Shown: in pieces, positions 9,659-19,718 of the stretch
Numbering within the stretch: the first letter of the stretch is position 1
Layout of the letters: the number at the start of each line of letters is the position of its first letter
Assembly (NCBI GenBank): GCA_043822305.1
Contig: JBDRBU010000081.1
Span: 1-32,748 of the forward strand
Direction: 5' to 3'
Length of the DNA stretch: 32,748 bases
Source: Candidatus Firestoneibacteriota bacterium
Lineage (GTDB): Bacteria; Oederibacteriota; D2-FULL-39-29; JBDRBU01
Notes under the pieces: generated by a model
Seen by the model: only the letters and a program-made list of their open reading frames with translations
Told to the model about the DNA's origin: nothing
The model's database searches: none
Position numbers and translations under genes: made by a program

Positions 9659-10954
9659 TTATTTCGCTAATAAATATCTTCTTAAAAGATCTAAGGCAGA
9701 TTGTGCGGTTTGCTCTTTTATTTTTATCCTATCTCCACTAAACCCCGTTAAAGAATTCTCTTTATCTGGTATCTTTTTTTTAAATGGGGTAAACCTGAAT
9801 TCTTTACATAATGTTTCCTCTTCAGAAGAAATCGCAATATAAACTAATCCAACTGGCTTTTCGGAAGTTCCTCCAGATGGTCCGGCTAGACCTGTAACAG
9901 ATAACCCTAAATTTGTTTTACTTGATTTTCTTATGCTAATAGCCATTTCTTCAGCAACCTCTTTACTAACTGCTCCAAAAGTTCTTATTGCTTCTTCTGG
10001 AACTTTTAGTAATTCCACTTTAGCCTCGTTTGAATAGGCTACAATCCCTCGTTTAAAATAAGATGAAGAACCCGGAATGTCTGTAAGTTTATTTGAAATT
10101 AATCCACCTGTACAAGATTCGGCCACTCCTATTGTTAAATTTTTCATAAAAAGTAATATGGCTACCACCTTCTCCATCGTCTCATCATCAATACCAAAAA
10201 TATTATCTTCAAGCCTCTCCCTTATTTTATTCTCAACCCTTGTGATCATCTCTTCAGCCGTGACAATATCTTTTGCTTTAGCCGTTAAACGAATTTTAAC
10301 TTCAGTATGACTGGCCAGCAAGGCAATGGTTGGATTAGATAAAGACCTAAATAAATCACCTATCTTCTCATCTATAACAGATTCACCTAATCCAAAAACC
10401 TTTAAGACCCTAGACTTTATAACACCCTCTGATTTAAAAGTTTCTTTTAAAAAAGGTAAAACAGAATTTTCCATCATGGCTTTAAGCTCGCGAGGAACAC
10501 CTGGAAGTAAAATAACATATTTATTGTCATCTGTCTTAATTATAAGACCCGGAGCAGTTCCATGATCATTATCAATAATTATAGAACCTGTTGGAATTAA
10601 CGCTTGAGAAACATTATTCTGAGGCATTTTTACTTTTCGTTTCTCAAAAAAACTTTTAATTTTTTCTAATATTTTCTCATTTAAAATTAACTTTTTATTT
10701 AAAACTTTGGTTACCGCTGATTTAGTTATATCATCAACAGTAGGACCAAGCCCACCAGTAATTATCACAACATCAGAGCGGGATAATGCAATTCTTAAAA
10801 CATCCTGTAACCTTTTTTCATTATCACCTACTGAACTCTTAAAATAAAGGTTAACACCTATCTCGGATAATTTTTGAGCAATGTAAGCAAAATTTGTATC
10901 TATAATTTGACCTAGCAATAGTTCTGTGCCAACAGTTATAATTTCCGTATTCAT
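9659..10954 (-). CDS. cinA: Competence/damage-inducible protein A (MoCF-binding-like + PncC NMN deamidase)
   Basis: GTELLLGQIIDTN, TGGLGPTVDDIT, LPGVPRE, AESCTGG, GAVS, TGLAGPSGG...KPVGLVY. Confidence 0.95.
   Translation of the reverse strand: MNTEIITVGTELLLGQIIDTNFAYIAQKLSEIGVNLYFKSSVGDNEKRLQDVLRIALSRSDVVIITGGLGPTVDDITKSAVTKVLNKKLILNEKILEKIKSFFEKRKVKMPQNNVSQALIPTGSIIIDNDHGTAPGLIIKTDDNKYVILLPGVPRELKAMMENSVLPFLKETFKSEGVIKSRVLKVFGLGESVIDEKIGDLFRSLSNPTIALLASHTEVKIRLTAKAKDIVTAEEMITRVENKIRERLEDNIFGIDDETMEKVVAILLFMKNLTIGVAESCTGGLISNKLTDIPGSSSYFKRGIVAYSNEAKVELLKVPEEAIRTFGAVSKEVAEEMAISIRKSSKTNLGLSVTGLAGPSGGTSEKPVGLVYIAISSEEETLCKEFRFTPFKKKIPDKENSLTGFSGDRIKIKEQTAQSALDLLRRYLLAK
9739..9795. repeat. 51-bp palindromic in-frame insertion in cinA bounded by TAAACC direct repeats
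   Basis: TAAACC at 9739..9744 and 9790..9795. Arms ACCCCGTTAAAGAA (9742..9755) and TTTTTAAATGGGGT (9777..9790). Confidence 0.8.
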
Positions 10955-13833
10955 ATCAGACCTTCTAAAAATTCATTTACATCTATAGGTATCTGTAGTA
11001 TTCTACCATCTTTACTTGCATAAAGTAAATATTTATTCTTTACCATAAATTCAAACAATTCCTTTGTAAGTACTACATCTTGCTGGCAGTACTCTATTAT
11101 CTCGTTTATTTTCCCTTCTTTAAACCATTGGAGTGATTGCAAACCATCTGCTATTTTACTTTTTTTTAGATTGGCTAAGGCAAGATGGTCCAAACTTAAT
11201 CTAAAACCTAATCGTTTATGAACTAATTCTAATATATCTAATGTTGGAAGTTTTGTAAAATCTATATTGGTATAATAAGAAAGGACATTCCAATCAAAGT
11301 TTTTTATGTTAAACCCAACTATTAAATCCGCTTTTAAGAATTCGTCAAACATATCCTTTATTTTATCCTCAGTATACGATTTAAATTGCTTGTCTTTAGT
11401 AGAGTAAATCACTCCTACGGCCATTTTCATTAAATGTTTATTATTCCAGCCACCAACTTCATCTGCGCTTCTTTGAGTCTCTAAATCAAAAACCAAAATA
11501 TTCATACTATTTAATTTATCAACCATATCTCCTCCTATATCATTCTCGGGCTGTTTTTTTAAAAAAATTTTTTCTTTTTCTTTAAATCCCTTCTTAATTA
11601 GAAATCTTTGCAATAAATCTATGGCCACATTTTTATCTAATGGTTTATTTCCATTCCCGCATTTGGGAGATTGAACACAAGATGGACACCCAAATTCACA
11701 AGGACAATCTTTAATTAAATTTAATGTTGCTTTAATCAATTCATCAATAGTTTGATATGCTTTTTCTGAAAGTCCAACTCCACCGCGATGGGCATCATAT
11801 ATAAATATTGTTGGAACCCCTGATTGATCATAAAAATCATAAGATACTCCACCTAAATCCATCCTATCACAAAGAGCAAAAAGCGGAAAAATAGAAATCA
11901 TTGAATGTTCAATAGCATGAATTCCACCCTGAAAATCACCGGCACCAGATTCTATAATTTCCTTTATACTCTTAGGTATCTCAAACCAAATAGAAACAGT
12001 TTCAAAAACATTCGGCGGTAATGTTAATTCCAATATACCTTCATCAAAAAAGACTTGTGTATAAATATTTTTTCTTACATAACCAATTACTTTTTCAGTG
12101 ATTTTAACCTTACCTAACTTAAGTAAAACCTCTCCTTGTTTTTTTTGTCTAGACACATCTAAAACTTCTACTTTTTCAGCGGTTCTGGGCTCAGTATAAT
12201 AATCCACATCAACCTCTCTTACTCTCACTTTTTTATTTATTAGATCAAGTTCTTTAACCTCATACTGAATTCCAGAATGAAGATATATAGCCTTAGGATG
12301 GCATTCATTTAAAACCCTTGGATAATCTATTTCACCTATTGTGCTCTTCTCATCAATTATTAAAAATGAATCTCCTATTGACCTGATACTCACATTTCTT
12401 TCGGGATGACGAATAAAACTAAAATATTTATTTTCTATACTTTTTTGTAATTTTCCATCTTTTACCAAAAATTCAAGAGATGAAATTAAACTTTCCCCAT
12501 AAATATCCTTATCATTTTCATCAAGAGGAAGTTCAAAAGCACTACAAGATAACTGAGCATTTGCAATTATATTATTATGGACATCAATTACCGCTGTTTC
12601 AAAATCCTTTCCGAAAAATTTTGCAGGATGGGTAATGAAATATTGGTCAAGTGCATCCTGTAATGCCAGAAGAATCACTACGGCCTCATTGGTTCTTCCA
12701 ACCCTCCCGCCTCTCTGCCAGGTACTCATCATACTACCGGGATACCCTACTAATAGACATACATCAAGTCCTCCTATATCTATTCCAACTTCAAGAGCAG
12801 AGGTGGATATTACTCCAAGTAATTCATTATTAAATAGTTTTTTTTCTATCTCCCGCCTTTCTTCCGGTAAATAACCAGCCCTATAAGCATTAATCTTTTT
12901 ATGATACTTTCCACCTAAGGCTGAAATCCGTTGATATATTAGTTCAGTTACCTTCCTCGCCTTTGTAAAAACAATCGTTTTCATATTATTATCTATACAT
13001 TCTTTTAAAAGATGTGCAGCATCCAGATAAGGACTGTCACAGGAATTCCATAACAAAAAATATTTTGAAGAAGTTGGTGCACCACTTTCATTTATTACAC
13101 TAAAATCTAAACCTGTTAAATTAAATACAAATTCTTTTGGATTTAAGATAGTAGCCGAAGAAGCAATAAATAACGGATCACTTCCATAATATTTACAAAT
13201 CCTTCGTAGCCTTCTTATTATATGACCTACATGCGAACCGAATACTCCTCTATAGGAATGAACTTCATCAATCACCACAAACTTTAAATTCTTAAAAAAT
13301 TCTTTCCAGTTACTGTGATATGGTAATATTCCCAGATGAAGCATATCCGGATTAGTCATGATTATATCTGGACAGTTCTTTCTTATCTTTTGACGCTCAT
13401 AACTTGATGTATCGCCATCATATATAGAAGCAAGAAAACAATCTTTATCAAACAACTCTTTTTTAAACTCCATAAGGGTTTTAAACTGATCATGTGTTAA
13501 TGCTTTTAAAGGATATATGTATAATGCTTTTGTTTTATTGTCCCTTAAACAACTATCTATGACCGGCAGGTTATAAATTAAGGTTTTTCCACTGGCCGTA
13601 GGTGTCACAGTTAATACATTTTTCTTTTCATTTATTATAAGGTCAAGGGCTTTCAACTGATGAGAGTAAAGTTGATTTATATTATTCTTTTTTAAATAAT
13701 TTATTAAAGGTTCTGATAAACAAGATGGAAACGGAGAGTATTCCCCCTTCTTTGAAGGTATATAATGAATATGAATTAAACTCTTAGCGTGCTCTGTATT
13801 CTTACTTAGATGCTCTATAAACTTTTTTATCAT
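10951..13833 (-). CDS. DEAD/DEAH-box helicase with DUF1998 (MrfA/SftH/Hrq1-like) fused to a C-terminal RNase H-like DEDD exonuclease (YprB/MrfB-like)
   Basis: TPTASGKT, DEVH, SAT, QRGGRVGR; C..D and CPCEFGCPSC (DUF1998); then VFDLETQ...GFNIKNFD...YCQQDV. Confidence 0.9.
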   Translation of the reverse strand: MIKKFIEHLSKNTEHAKSLIHIHYIPSKKGEYSPFPSCLSEPLINYLKKNNINQLYSHQLKALDLIINEKKNVLTVTPTASGKTLIYNLPVIDSCLRDNKTKALYIYPLKALTHDQFKTLMEFKKELFDKDCFLASIYDGDTSSYERQKIRKNCPDIIMTNPDMLHLGILPYHSNWKEFFKNLKFVVIDEVHSYRGVFGSHVGHIIRRLRRICKYYGSDPLFIASSATILNPKEFVFNLTGLDFSVINESGAPTSSKYFLLWNSCDSPYLDAAHLLKECIDNNMKTIVFTKARKVTELIYQRISALGGKYHKKINAYRAGYLPEERREIEKKLFNNELLGVISTSALEVGIDIGGLDVCLLVGYPGSMMSTWQRGGRVGRTNEAVVILLALQDALDQYFITHPAKFFGKDFETAVIDVHNNIIANAQLSCSAFELPLDENDKDIYGESLISSLEFLVKDGKLQKSIENKYFSFIRHPERNVSIRSIGDSFLIIDEKSTIGEIDYPRVLNECHPKAIYLHSGIQYEVKELDLINKKVRVREVDVDYYTEPRTAEKVEVLDVSRQKKQGEVLLKLGKVKITEKVIGYVRKNIYTQVFFDEGILELTLPPNVFETVSIWFEIPKSIKEIIESGAGDFQGGIHAIEHSMISIFPLFALCDRMDLGGVSYDFYDQSGVPTIFIYDAHRGGVGLSEKAYQTIDELIKATLNLIKDCPCEFGCPSCVQSPKCGNGNKPLDKNVAIDLLQRFLIKKGFKEKEKIFLKKQPENDIGGDMVDKLNSMNILVFDLETQRSADEVGGWNNKHLMKMAVGVIYSTKDKQFKSYTEDKIKDMFDEFLKADLIVGFNIKNFDWNVLSYYTNIDFTKLPTLDILELVHKRLGFRLSLDHLALANLKKSKIADGLQSLQWFKEGKINEIIEYCQQDVVLTKELFEFMVKNKYLLYASKDGRILQIPIDVNEFLEGLI

Positions 13834-13902
13834 GGGGTCTGGTCTATAAACCTCTTAACCACAGAGAACACAGAGTGATATTTTAATAATATTCCTTGCA
13901 GA

Positions 13903-13935
13903 GAAGATACCATCCACAAAGTTAGTGGTATCTTC
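13903..13935. terminator. Hairpin directly after the HEPN stop codon (possible terminator or REP-like palindrome)
   Basis: GAAGATACCA (13903..13912) / TGGTATCTTC (13926..13935): perfect 10-bp stem, no clear U-tract. Confidence 0.4.
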
Positions 13936-14323
13936 ATAAGTTCTTTTTAATGCCAATAATAAATTCCTCTGCAAGTTTAACAAACTCAGTAGCATCTTCA
14001 AAGGACAATTCCATTAATTCCTTATAGTCTTCTTCTTGTCTTACCTTAAACATTCTATGTAATATTTTTGAATAATGCTTATCAATTTTTCCTGTATGCA
14101 CAAACTCTTTGTCAAATATAGAAATAACACCCATATGTTTAGATGTCTTTATGCTTATATCAGTTTTTAAGAAAAGGGCTAAAACCATATAAAACATAGA
14201 ATAGTAGGCCCTATTTATTATGGACCTTGGACTCAGATTGTTCTGTAACATCTTTTTAGCATCAGAAAGAGTCTCTTCTGCCTGGTTCAACCTATAGGTG
14301 AAAAGAATCTCACTGTCTGTCAT
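13934..14323 (-). CDS. HEPN domain protein
   Basis: A.ETL.DA, NRAYYSMFY, KTSKHMGVIS.F, R.EEDY. Confidence 0.88.
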   Translation of the reverse strand: MTDSEILFTYRLNQAEETLSDAKKMLQNNLSPRSIINRAYYSMFYMVLALFLKTDISIKTSKHMGVISIFDKEFVHTGKIDKHYSKILHRMFKVRQEEDYKELMELSFEDATEFVKLAEEFIIGIKKNL

Positions 14324-14637
14324 ACTTTCACCCCTTCTGTTATAATATTTTTCACTATTGGAGATACTTTTAATGGAGATTTCTCAATTTCAGCCCTCGT
14401 AAAAATCAGTGGAGAGATAAAAATAAAATGTTCAAACCCAACTTCCCATACTGTATCAAAAATTTTTTCCTTTAACTCTCTATTAAGTAATTCGACCTCA
14501 AGGAAAATATCCATATCTGAATATTCATCGCTATCGCCACGTGCCCTTGAACCAAATATCCGAAAGTCAATCAATTGAACATCTTTGAATAATCTTTCTT
14601 TTAGTTCTTTAGCTATTTCATAATCTTTTTGTTTCAT
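14320..14637 (-). CDS. Minimal nucleotidyltransferase (MNT), partner of HEPN
   Basis: FGSRARGD...SDMDI; 4-nt ATGA overlap with the HEPN gene. Confidence 0.9.
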   Translation of the reverse strand: MKQKDYEIAKELKERLFKDVQLIDFRIFGSRARGDSDEYSDMDIFLEVELLNRELKEKIFDTVWEVGFEHFIFISPLIFTRAEIEKSPLKVSPIVKNIITEGVKV

Positions 14638-14655
14638 CCTTTACCTCTTGTACGA

Positions 14656-14684
14656 ATTATATACTATATTACAAATAATTTCAA
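14656..14684 (-). promoter_or_regulatory. Sigma70-type promoter of MNT-HEPN
   Basis: TTGAAA (14684..14679), 17 nt, TATAAT (14661..14656), followed by a gagg SD. Confidence 0.7.
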
Positions 14685-14688
14685 TAAT

Positions 14689-16110
14689 TTAATCTCCTCT
14701 CATCTCTTTTTTAGCTTCAACTATTACTTCATCTAAACAACTAACACCATCTTTTACTGCTTCCTTTGTTATGACCAAAGGCGGTGAAATTTTAACAGTA
14801 CCACCTCCAAATCCAACTGGTGCAAAAAGCATTAAACCTTTTTCCACACATTTACCAACAATAAGATGAGCTAAATCACCATCCGGTTCTTTAGTACCTT
14901 TTTTAACTAGATGAACACCGCAAACAAGACCTTCCCCATCAACTCCCCCGACTATATCTGAATGTTTGTTTTTTATTTTCAACAACTCTTCTTTTAAAAC
15001 TTTACCAATCTTAGCCGCATTTTCTGCGAGTTTATATTTTACAATATAATCTAAATTTGCTATCGCGGCGGCAATACATACTGGATTACCTGTATGTGTA
15101 CTTGTCATTGTATTGGGGTCGCATATATCCATAACATCTGCTCGTCCTATGACCGCAGATAATGGCAAAGAACTCGTTATACCTTTACCGAAAGTAGCCA
15201 GGTCTGGAACTATCTCATAATGCTCAAAACCAAACATTTTACCTGTCCGGCCAAATCCTGCTTGTATCTCATCCATAATCAAAAGAATCTTATTCTCATG
15301 GCAGTACTGTCGCAATCTTTTCATAAAACCTTTTGGTGCAAATGCTGCACTTCCACCTTGATATGTTTCTAATATTATCCCGGCTATTTGAACTTTAGAT
15401 TCGGTTTTTAATTCGTTTTTAATATACTTTGTAAAATTATCAAAACACTCATCGTCACATTTCTGATAACTTGATTTTCCCCAAGGACATCTAAAACAAT
15501 TTGGGAATGGTGCCTGATTAATATCTTTGTCATAGTTAACTATCCATTTTTTTAAGGCTGGAATACCTCCCAGAAACTGTGCTCCTAATGTTCTTCCATG
15601 AAAAGCATCTTTAAATGAAATAATCCCTATTTTTCTCTTATCAGCAATTTTCTGTCCCCAGGTTCTGGCTAATTTTAATGCTACTTCAACTGCTTCAGAA
15701 CCAGTAGTTAATAAAAATACTTTTTTTAAAGGATATGGTGCTAAATTTGAAAGTTTTTCAGTTAATTTTGCTCTTAATTCTGAAGGGAAACAATAGTTAT
15801 GTAGTAGCCCATGATTAACCTGTTTTATAATCGCTTTTTTAATTTCAGGATTACCATGACCCGAACTTGCTACTAAAACCCCGCAACTAAAATCAAGCCA
15901 TTTATTCCCGAATTTATCATAGACATTAACACCTTCTGCTTTATCCCACAAGGCAAGTGGCTGACCTGACATTGACCTTGGCTCATATTTTCTTAACTTT
16001 TTCAATATTGGAATGGATTTTGGTACAGGAAAACTCGTAGAAACAATCCTCCTGAATGGGGTACTTACCTTTTTAATCTTTTTTACCTTCATCTCATATT
16101 CTTTTGCCAT
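14689..16110 (-). CDS. Class-III PLP aminotransferase (GABA/ornithine aminotransferase-like)
   Basis: TGSEAVE, FHGRT, DEIQAGFGRTG, PDLATFGKG, THTGNP. Confidence 0.92.
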   Translation of the reverse strand: MAKEYEMKVKKIKKVSTPFRRIVSTSFPVPKSIPILKKLRKYEPRSMSGQPLALWDKAEGVNVYDKFGNKWLDFSCGVLVASSGHGNPEIKKAIIKQVNHGLLHNYCFPSELRAKLTEKLSNLAPYPLKKVFLLTTGSEAVEVALKLARTWGQKIADKRKIGIISFKDAFHGRTLGAQFLGGIPALKKWIVNYDKDINQAPFPNCFRCPWGKSSYQKCDDECFDNFTKYIKNELKTESKVQIAGIILETYQGGSAAFAPKGFMKRLRQYCHENKILLIMDEIQAGFGRTGKMFGFEHYEIVPDLATFGKGITSSLPLSAVIGRADVMDICDPNTMTSTHTGNPVCIAAAIANLDYIVKYKLAENAAKIGKVLKEELLKIKNKHSDIVGGVDGEGLVCGVHLVKKGTKEPDGDLAHLIVGKCVEKGLMLFAPVGFGGGTVKISPPLVITKEAVKDGVSCLDEVIVEAKKEMRGD

Positions 16111-16156
16111 CTCTCCTCCTTTTTAGGGTAAATTCATTTCCGAATCCTATATTTTT

Positions 16157-16570
16157 CTATATTTCTTTTCCTGTGGTGGCCATAGTTAATGAACCATATT
16201 TCACGCCTTTTGCTGATTTTAACTTATAAGATAGCTCTTCCATTTCCTTTGGCTTACCTTTTGCGACAACAATCTCCAAACAATTATCATTATCCAAATG
16301 AATATGTTGAGAAGAAATAATAAGATTTGAAAAATCATGTTGAATATCAATTAGTTTGTTTACAAGTTCTCTCTTATGATGATTATAAACCAGAGTAATT
16401 ACTCCTGATACTTTTTCACTTCCTGCCCATTCTTTTTTTATCAAACTTTCTCTGATTAAATCACTAATTGCTTTAGACCTATTAGAATAATTTTTTTCTT
16501 TAATATATTCGTCAAACTTTGTTAAAATCTTTTTCTCAAGTGATACACCAAAACGAACTAATTCCGACAT
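16157..16570 (-). CDS. nikR: Nickel-responsive regulator NikR
   Basis: RHH N-terminus RFGVSL...YSNRSKAI; Ni ligand region QH...HIHLDNDNCLE. Confidence 0.95.
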   Translation of the reverse strand: MSELVRFGVSLEKKILTKFDEYIKEKNYSNRSKAISDLIRESLIKKEWAGSEKVSGVITLVYNHHKRELVNKLIDIQHDFSNLIISSQHIHLDNDNCLEIVVAKGKPKEMEELSYKLKSAKGVKYGSLTMATTGKEI

Positions 16571-16584
16571 ATATTCTCCTATCT

Positions 16585-17340
16585 CTATATTTTTTTCGCA
16601 AATTCAACCGCATTTCTAAATATAGAAAGACCATCACCTTCTTCTGGTAATCTTCCTCTTGTCCATCTTGGATGATTATATCTTGTTAAAAATCTTTCTG
16701 GGTGCGGCATCATTCCCAGGATATTTCCACCCGGATTACAAATACCGGCAATACTTTCTTCTGAACCATTAGGATTATTAACATATTTAAAAACTATCAA
16801 ATCTTCTTTTTTTAATCTGTTAAGAACACTTTTACTTAATGTGATAAACTTCCCTTCTGCATGGGCAATTGGCAGATAAATAGTTTCCTTTACGCCCTTT
16901 GTAAATATACACCTTGAAGAAAACTTTTTAAGATAAACCCATTCATCCTGAAATCGGCCCGAATCATTAGAAGTTAAGGTAGTGTATTCCATCTTATCTA
17001 GACCATCAAAACCAGGAAGCAGCCCTGTCTTAACCAGAACCTGAAAACCATTGCAAATACCTATAATTAGTCTTCTACTTGAAACAAATTTACTGATAGC
17101 CTCAATGATTTTATATTTTATTTCATTCGCTAAAATCTTTCCAGCCGCAACATCATCTCCATATGAAAAACCACCAGGAATAGCAAGTATCTGATAATTC
17201 ATTATATCAATCTCTTTATTTAATAACTGGTTTATATGAATTAAATCAACATCCGCTCCGCATAATTTAAAAGCATGAACTGTTTCAGCATCGCAATTTG
17301 TTCCTGCTGTTCTTAAGACTATTACTTTTGGATTTTTCAT
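16585..17340 (-). CDS. purQ: FGAM synthase glutaminase subunit
   Basis: GTNCD, PGGFSYGD, GICNGFQ, MMPHPER. Start set at ATG 17340 (gaggt SD). Confidence 0.96.
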   Translation of the reverse strand: MKNPKVIVLRTAGTNCDAETVHAFKLCGADVDLIHINQLLNKEIDIMNYQILAIPGGFSYGDDVAAGKILANEIKYKIIEAISKFVSSRRLIIGICNGFQVLVKTGLLPGFDGLDKMEYTTLTSNDSGRFQDEWVYLKKFSSRCIFTKGVKETIYLPIAHAEGKFITLSKSVLNRLKKEDLIVFKYVNNPNGSEESIAGICNPGGNILGMMPHPERFLTRYNHPRWTRGRLPEEGDGLSIFRNAVEFAKKI

Positions 17341-17348
17341 TTCTACCT

Positions 17349-19718
17349 CTATGGATTTTTCAATGGTGACTGCCACGATTCTTTTAATTTATTTATGTCT
17401 TCATTTAGAATCACATTACTATTTAATCCATAAATAACTAATCTTTTGGTATTTTTAATTTTTCCAATATTTGCCACAGGGATATCTTTAAACATTTTTT
17501 CAAATTTTAATTTATTTCTTTTTTCTACTTCAACAATAAATCTTGTGTTTGATTCTGAAAACAGCAAAAAATCATCCCTGTTTAAATTGTCTTCTTTAGA
17601 AACCTTATTAAGATATATTTCCGCACCTAATCCTCCGGAAAAACACATTTCCGCTAAAGCAACACCAATCCCGCCTTCGGAACAATCATGACAGGACCTT
17701 ATGATCTTATTTTTAATCACATCATGAACTTTCTTAAATATTTTTTTGCCCAATTTTGCATTTACTTTTGGAACAAAGTTTCCAATCTGGCCAAACAATT
17801 TGCAATATATTGACCCGCCTAATTCATTAAATGTTTTACCAATTATATATATTAAGTTTTCATCTTCTTTAAAATCCATTGTTCCTGCTGTTCTTATATC
17901 TTCCATAACACATATACTCGAAATTAATAAAGTTCCTGGAATTGATATTTTTTTGCCGGTATTATAATCCATATATTCATTATTTAAACTGTCCTTACCT
18001 GAAATAAAAGGAGTTCCATAATTCTTGGCTAGATCATAACACGCAAGTGCTGCTCTGACCAAACCAGCCATTTGTTCTGGCTTATGAGGATTTCCCCAAC
18101 AGAAATTATCTAAAAGAGCAATTTTATCAATATCACCACCAACAGCGACAATATTTCTTATGGCCTCATCTATATTTGAAGCAGCCATCCAGTAAGGGTC
18201 TATCATTCCATACCTTGGATTTATTCCGTTGGCAACTATGACACCTTTATTTGAATTTAAAATTGGTCTGACAATACACGCATCCCCCGGCCCATCATTC
18301 GTCACACCCTGTAATGGTTTAATTATTGAGCCACCTTGAACCTCGTGGTCATACTGCCTTATTATCCATTCTTTACTGCAAACCGTTAAATCAGATAAAA
18401 TTTTATTTAAACTATCACCCAGATTAGAAGGACAATCTATAGAAAGTTCTTCATTGTTTTTTTCTTTCCAAATTGCATTAAGTTTAAATCTCGGCCCACC
18501 ATTATGAACAAAATCCATATCCAAATCCGCTACCTTAGATTTACCATAAAACAACTCTAATTTTTTAGTATCTGTAAACTCTCCGATTATAGTTGCCGGA
18601 ACATTTTCACTCTCAAAAATTTTCATTATAGAATGCAAATTTTTTATGGGGACAGCAAAAACCATTCTTTCCTGTGCTTCTGAAACCCATATTTCCCATG
18701 GGCTAAGTCCTTCATATTTTAATGGAATTCTTTCTAAATAAACTTTTGCACCCGTTTTTTCTCCCATCTCCCCAACTGCAGAAGAATACCCGCCTGCTCC
18801 GCAATCTGTAATGGCCGTATATAAATTTTTATCTCTGGCTTGAAGCAGAACATCCAAAACCTTTTTTTCAACAATTGGATTACCTATCTGAACAGCACTT
18901 ACTTCAGTATCTTTATCTAAAGCAATTGAAGAAAAAGTAGCCCCATGAATACCGTCTCTTCCGGTCTTTCCACCAAGACTAACTATAATATCGCCATTTT
19001 TTACTTTCTTGAAACATTTATCTTTTGGTATGATCCCTACTGTTCCGCAATAAACAAGAGGATTGCAAACATAACCTTCTTCAAATATCACGGTACCATT
19101 TGCCGTAGGAATTCCCATCCTGTTACCATAATCTCGGACACCCGAAACAACACCCTTAAAAACTCTTTTTGGATGTAGTATCCCTTCTATTAATTTATTA
19201 TGTGAAAAATCAAGCGGGCCAAAACAAAAAATATCTGTATTTAAAATCGGCTTCCCTCCAAGTCCAACACCCAGAATATCTCTTATGACACCACCTATAC
19301 CTGTCCCGGCACCTCCATATGGCTCAATAGCCGACGGATGGTTATGAGTTTCTACTTTAAAGGCTATATTAAAATTATCATCAAATTTAATTATTCCAGC
19401 ATTATCTTCAAAGACAGACACACACCATTTTTTATTTAATTCCTTTGTTACTTTAATTACAGTTTGTTTTAAAAGATTATCTATGATTTTACCATTGTAA
19501 TTAATTATACCCCTAAAACTTTTATGTTTGCAGTGCTCTGACCAGGTCTGGGCGATTGTTTCTAACTCAACATCGGTTGGATTTCTTTTTTTCTTCTTAA
19601 AATATCTTTGAACTGTTTTCATTTCATCAAGATTTAATGAAAGCAATCCTTTCTTACTAATATCAAGGAGTTTTTTATCATCTGCCTTTAAAATATTTAT
19701 TATCTTTACATTTTTCAT
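17349..19718 (-). CDS. purL: FGAM synthase subunit PurL (small type)
   Basis: WSEHCKHK, KVETHNHPS, DCGAGG, SEAQERM, HDCSEGG. Confidence 0.97.
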   Translation of the reverse strand: MKNVKIINILKADDKKLLDISKKGLLSLNLDEMKTVQRYFKKKKRNPTDVELETIAQTWSEHCKHKSFRGIINYNGKIIDNLLKQTVIKVTKELNKKWCVSVFEDNAGIIKFDDNFNIAFKVETHNHPSAIEPYGGAGTGIGGVIRDILGVGLGGKPILNTDIFCFGPLDFSHNKLIEGILHPKRVFKGVVSGVRDYGNRMGIPTANGTVIFEEGYVCNPLVYCGTVGIIPKDKCFKKVKNGDIIVSLGGKTGRDGIHGATFSSIALDKDTEVSAVQIGNPIVEKKVLDVLLQARDKNLYTAITDCGAGGYSSAVGEMGEKTGAKVYLERIPLKYEGLSPWEIWVSEAQERMVFAVPIKNLHSIMKIFESENVPATIIGEFTDTKKLELFYGKSKVADLDMDFVHNGGPRFKLNAIWKEKNNEELSIDCPSNLGDSLNKILSDLTVCSKEWIIRQYDHEVQGGSIIKPLQGVTNDGPGDACIVRPILNSNKGVIVANGINPRYGMIDPYWMAASNIDEAIRNIVAVGGDIDKIALLDNFCWGNPHKPEQMAGLVRAALACYDLAKNYGTPFISGKDSLNNEYMDYNTGKKISIPGTLLISSICVMEDIRTAGTMDFKEDENLIYIIGKTFNELGGSIYCKLFGQIGNFVPKVNAKLGKKIFKKVHDVIKNKIIRSCHDCSEGGIGVALAEMCFSGGLGAEIYLNKVSKEDNLNRDDFLLFSESNTRFIVEVEKRNKLKFEKMFKDIPVANIGKIKNTKRLVIYGLNSNVILNEDINKLKESWQSPLKNP

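Noticed and set aside
17341..17376. ORF-track N-terminal extensions of purQ (17376), the second transposase (27923) and GH4 (29305)
   Set aside because: Downstream ATGs match family N-termini and, for purQ and GH4, have clear SD sequences.
18648..18656. GGGGACAGC inside purL
   Set aside because: Encodes an ordinary-looking FAVP segment mid-gene. Treated as a chance match and a counter-example to the boundary pattern.
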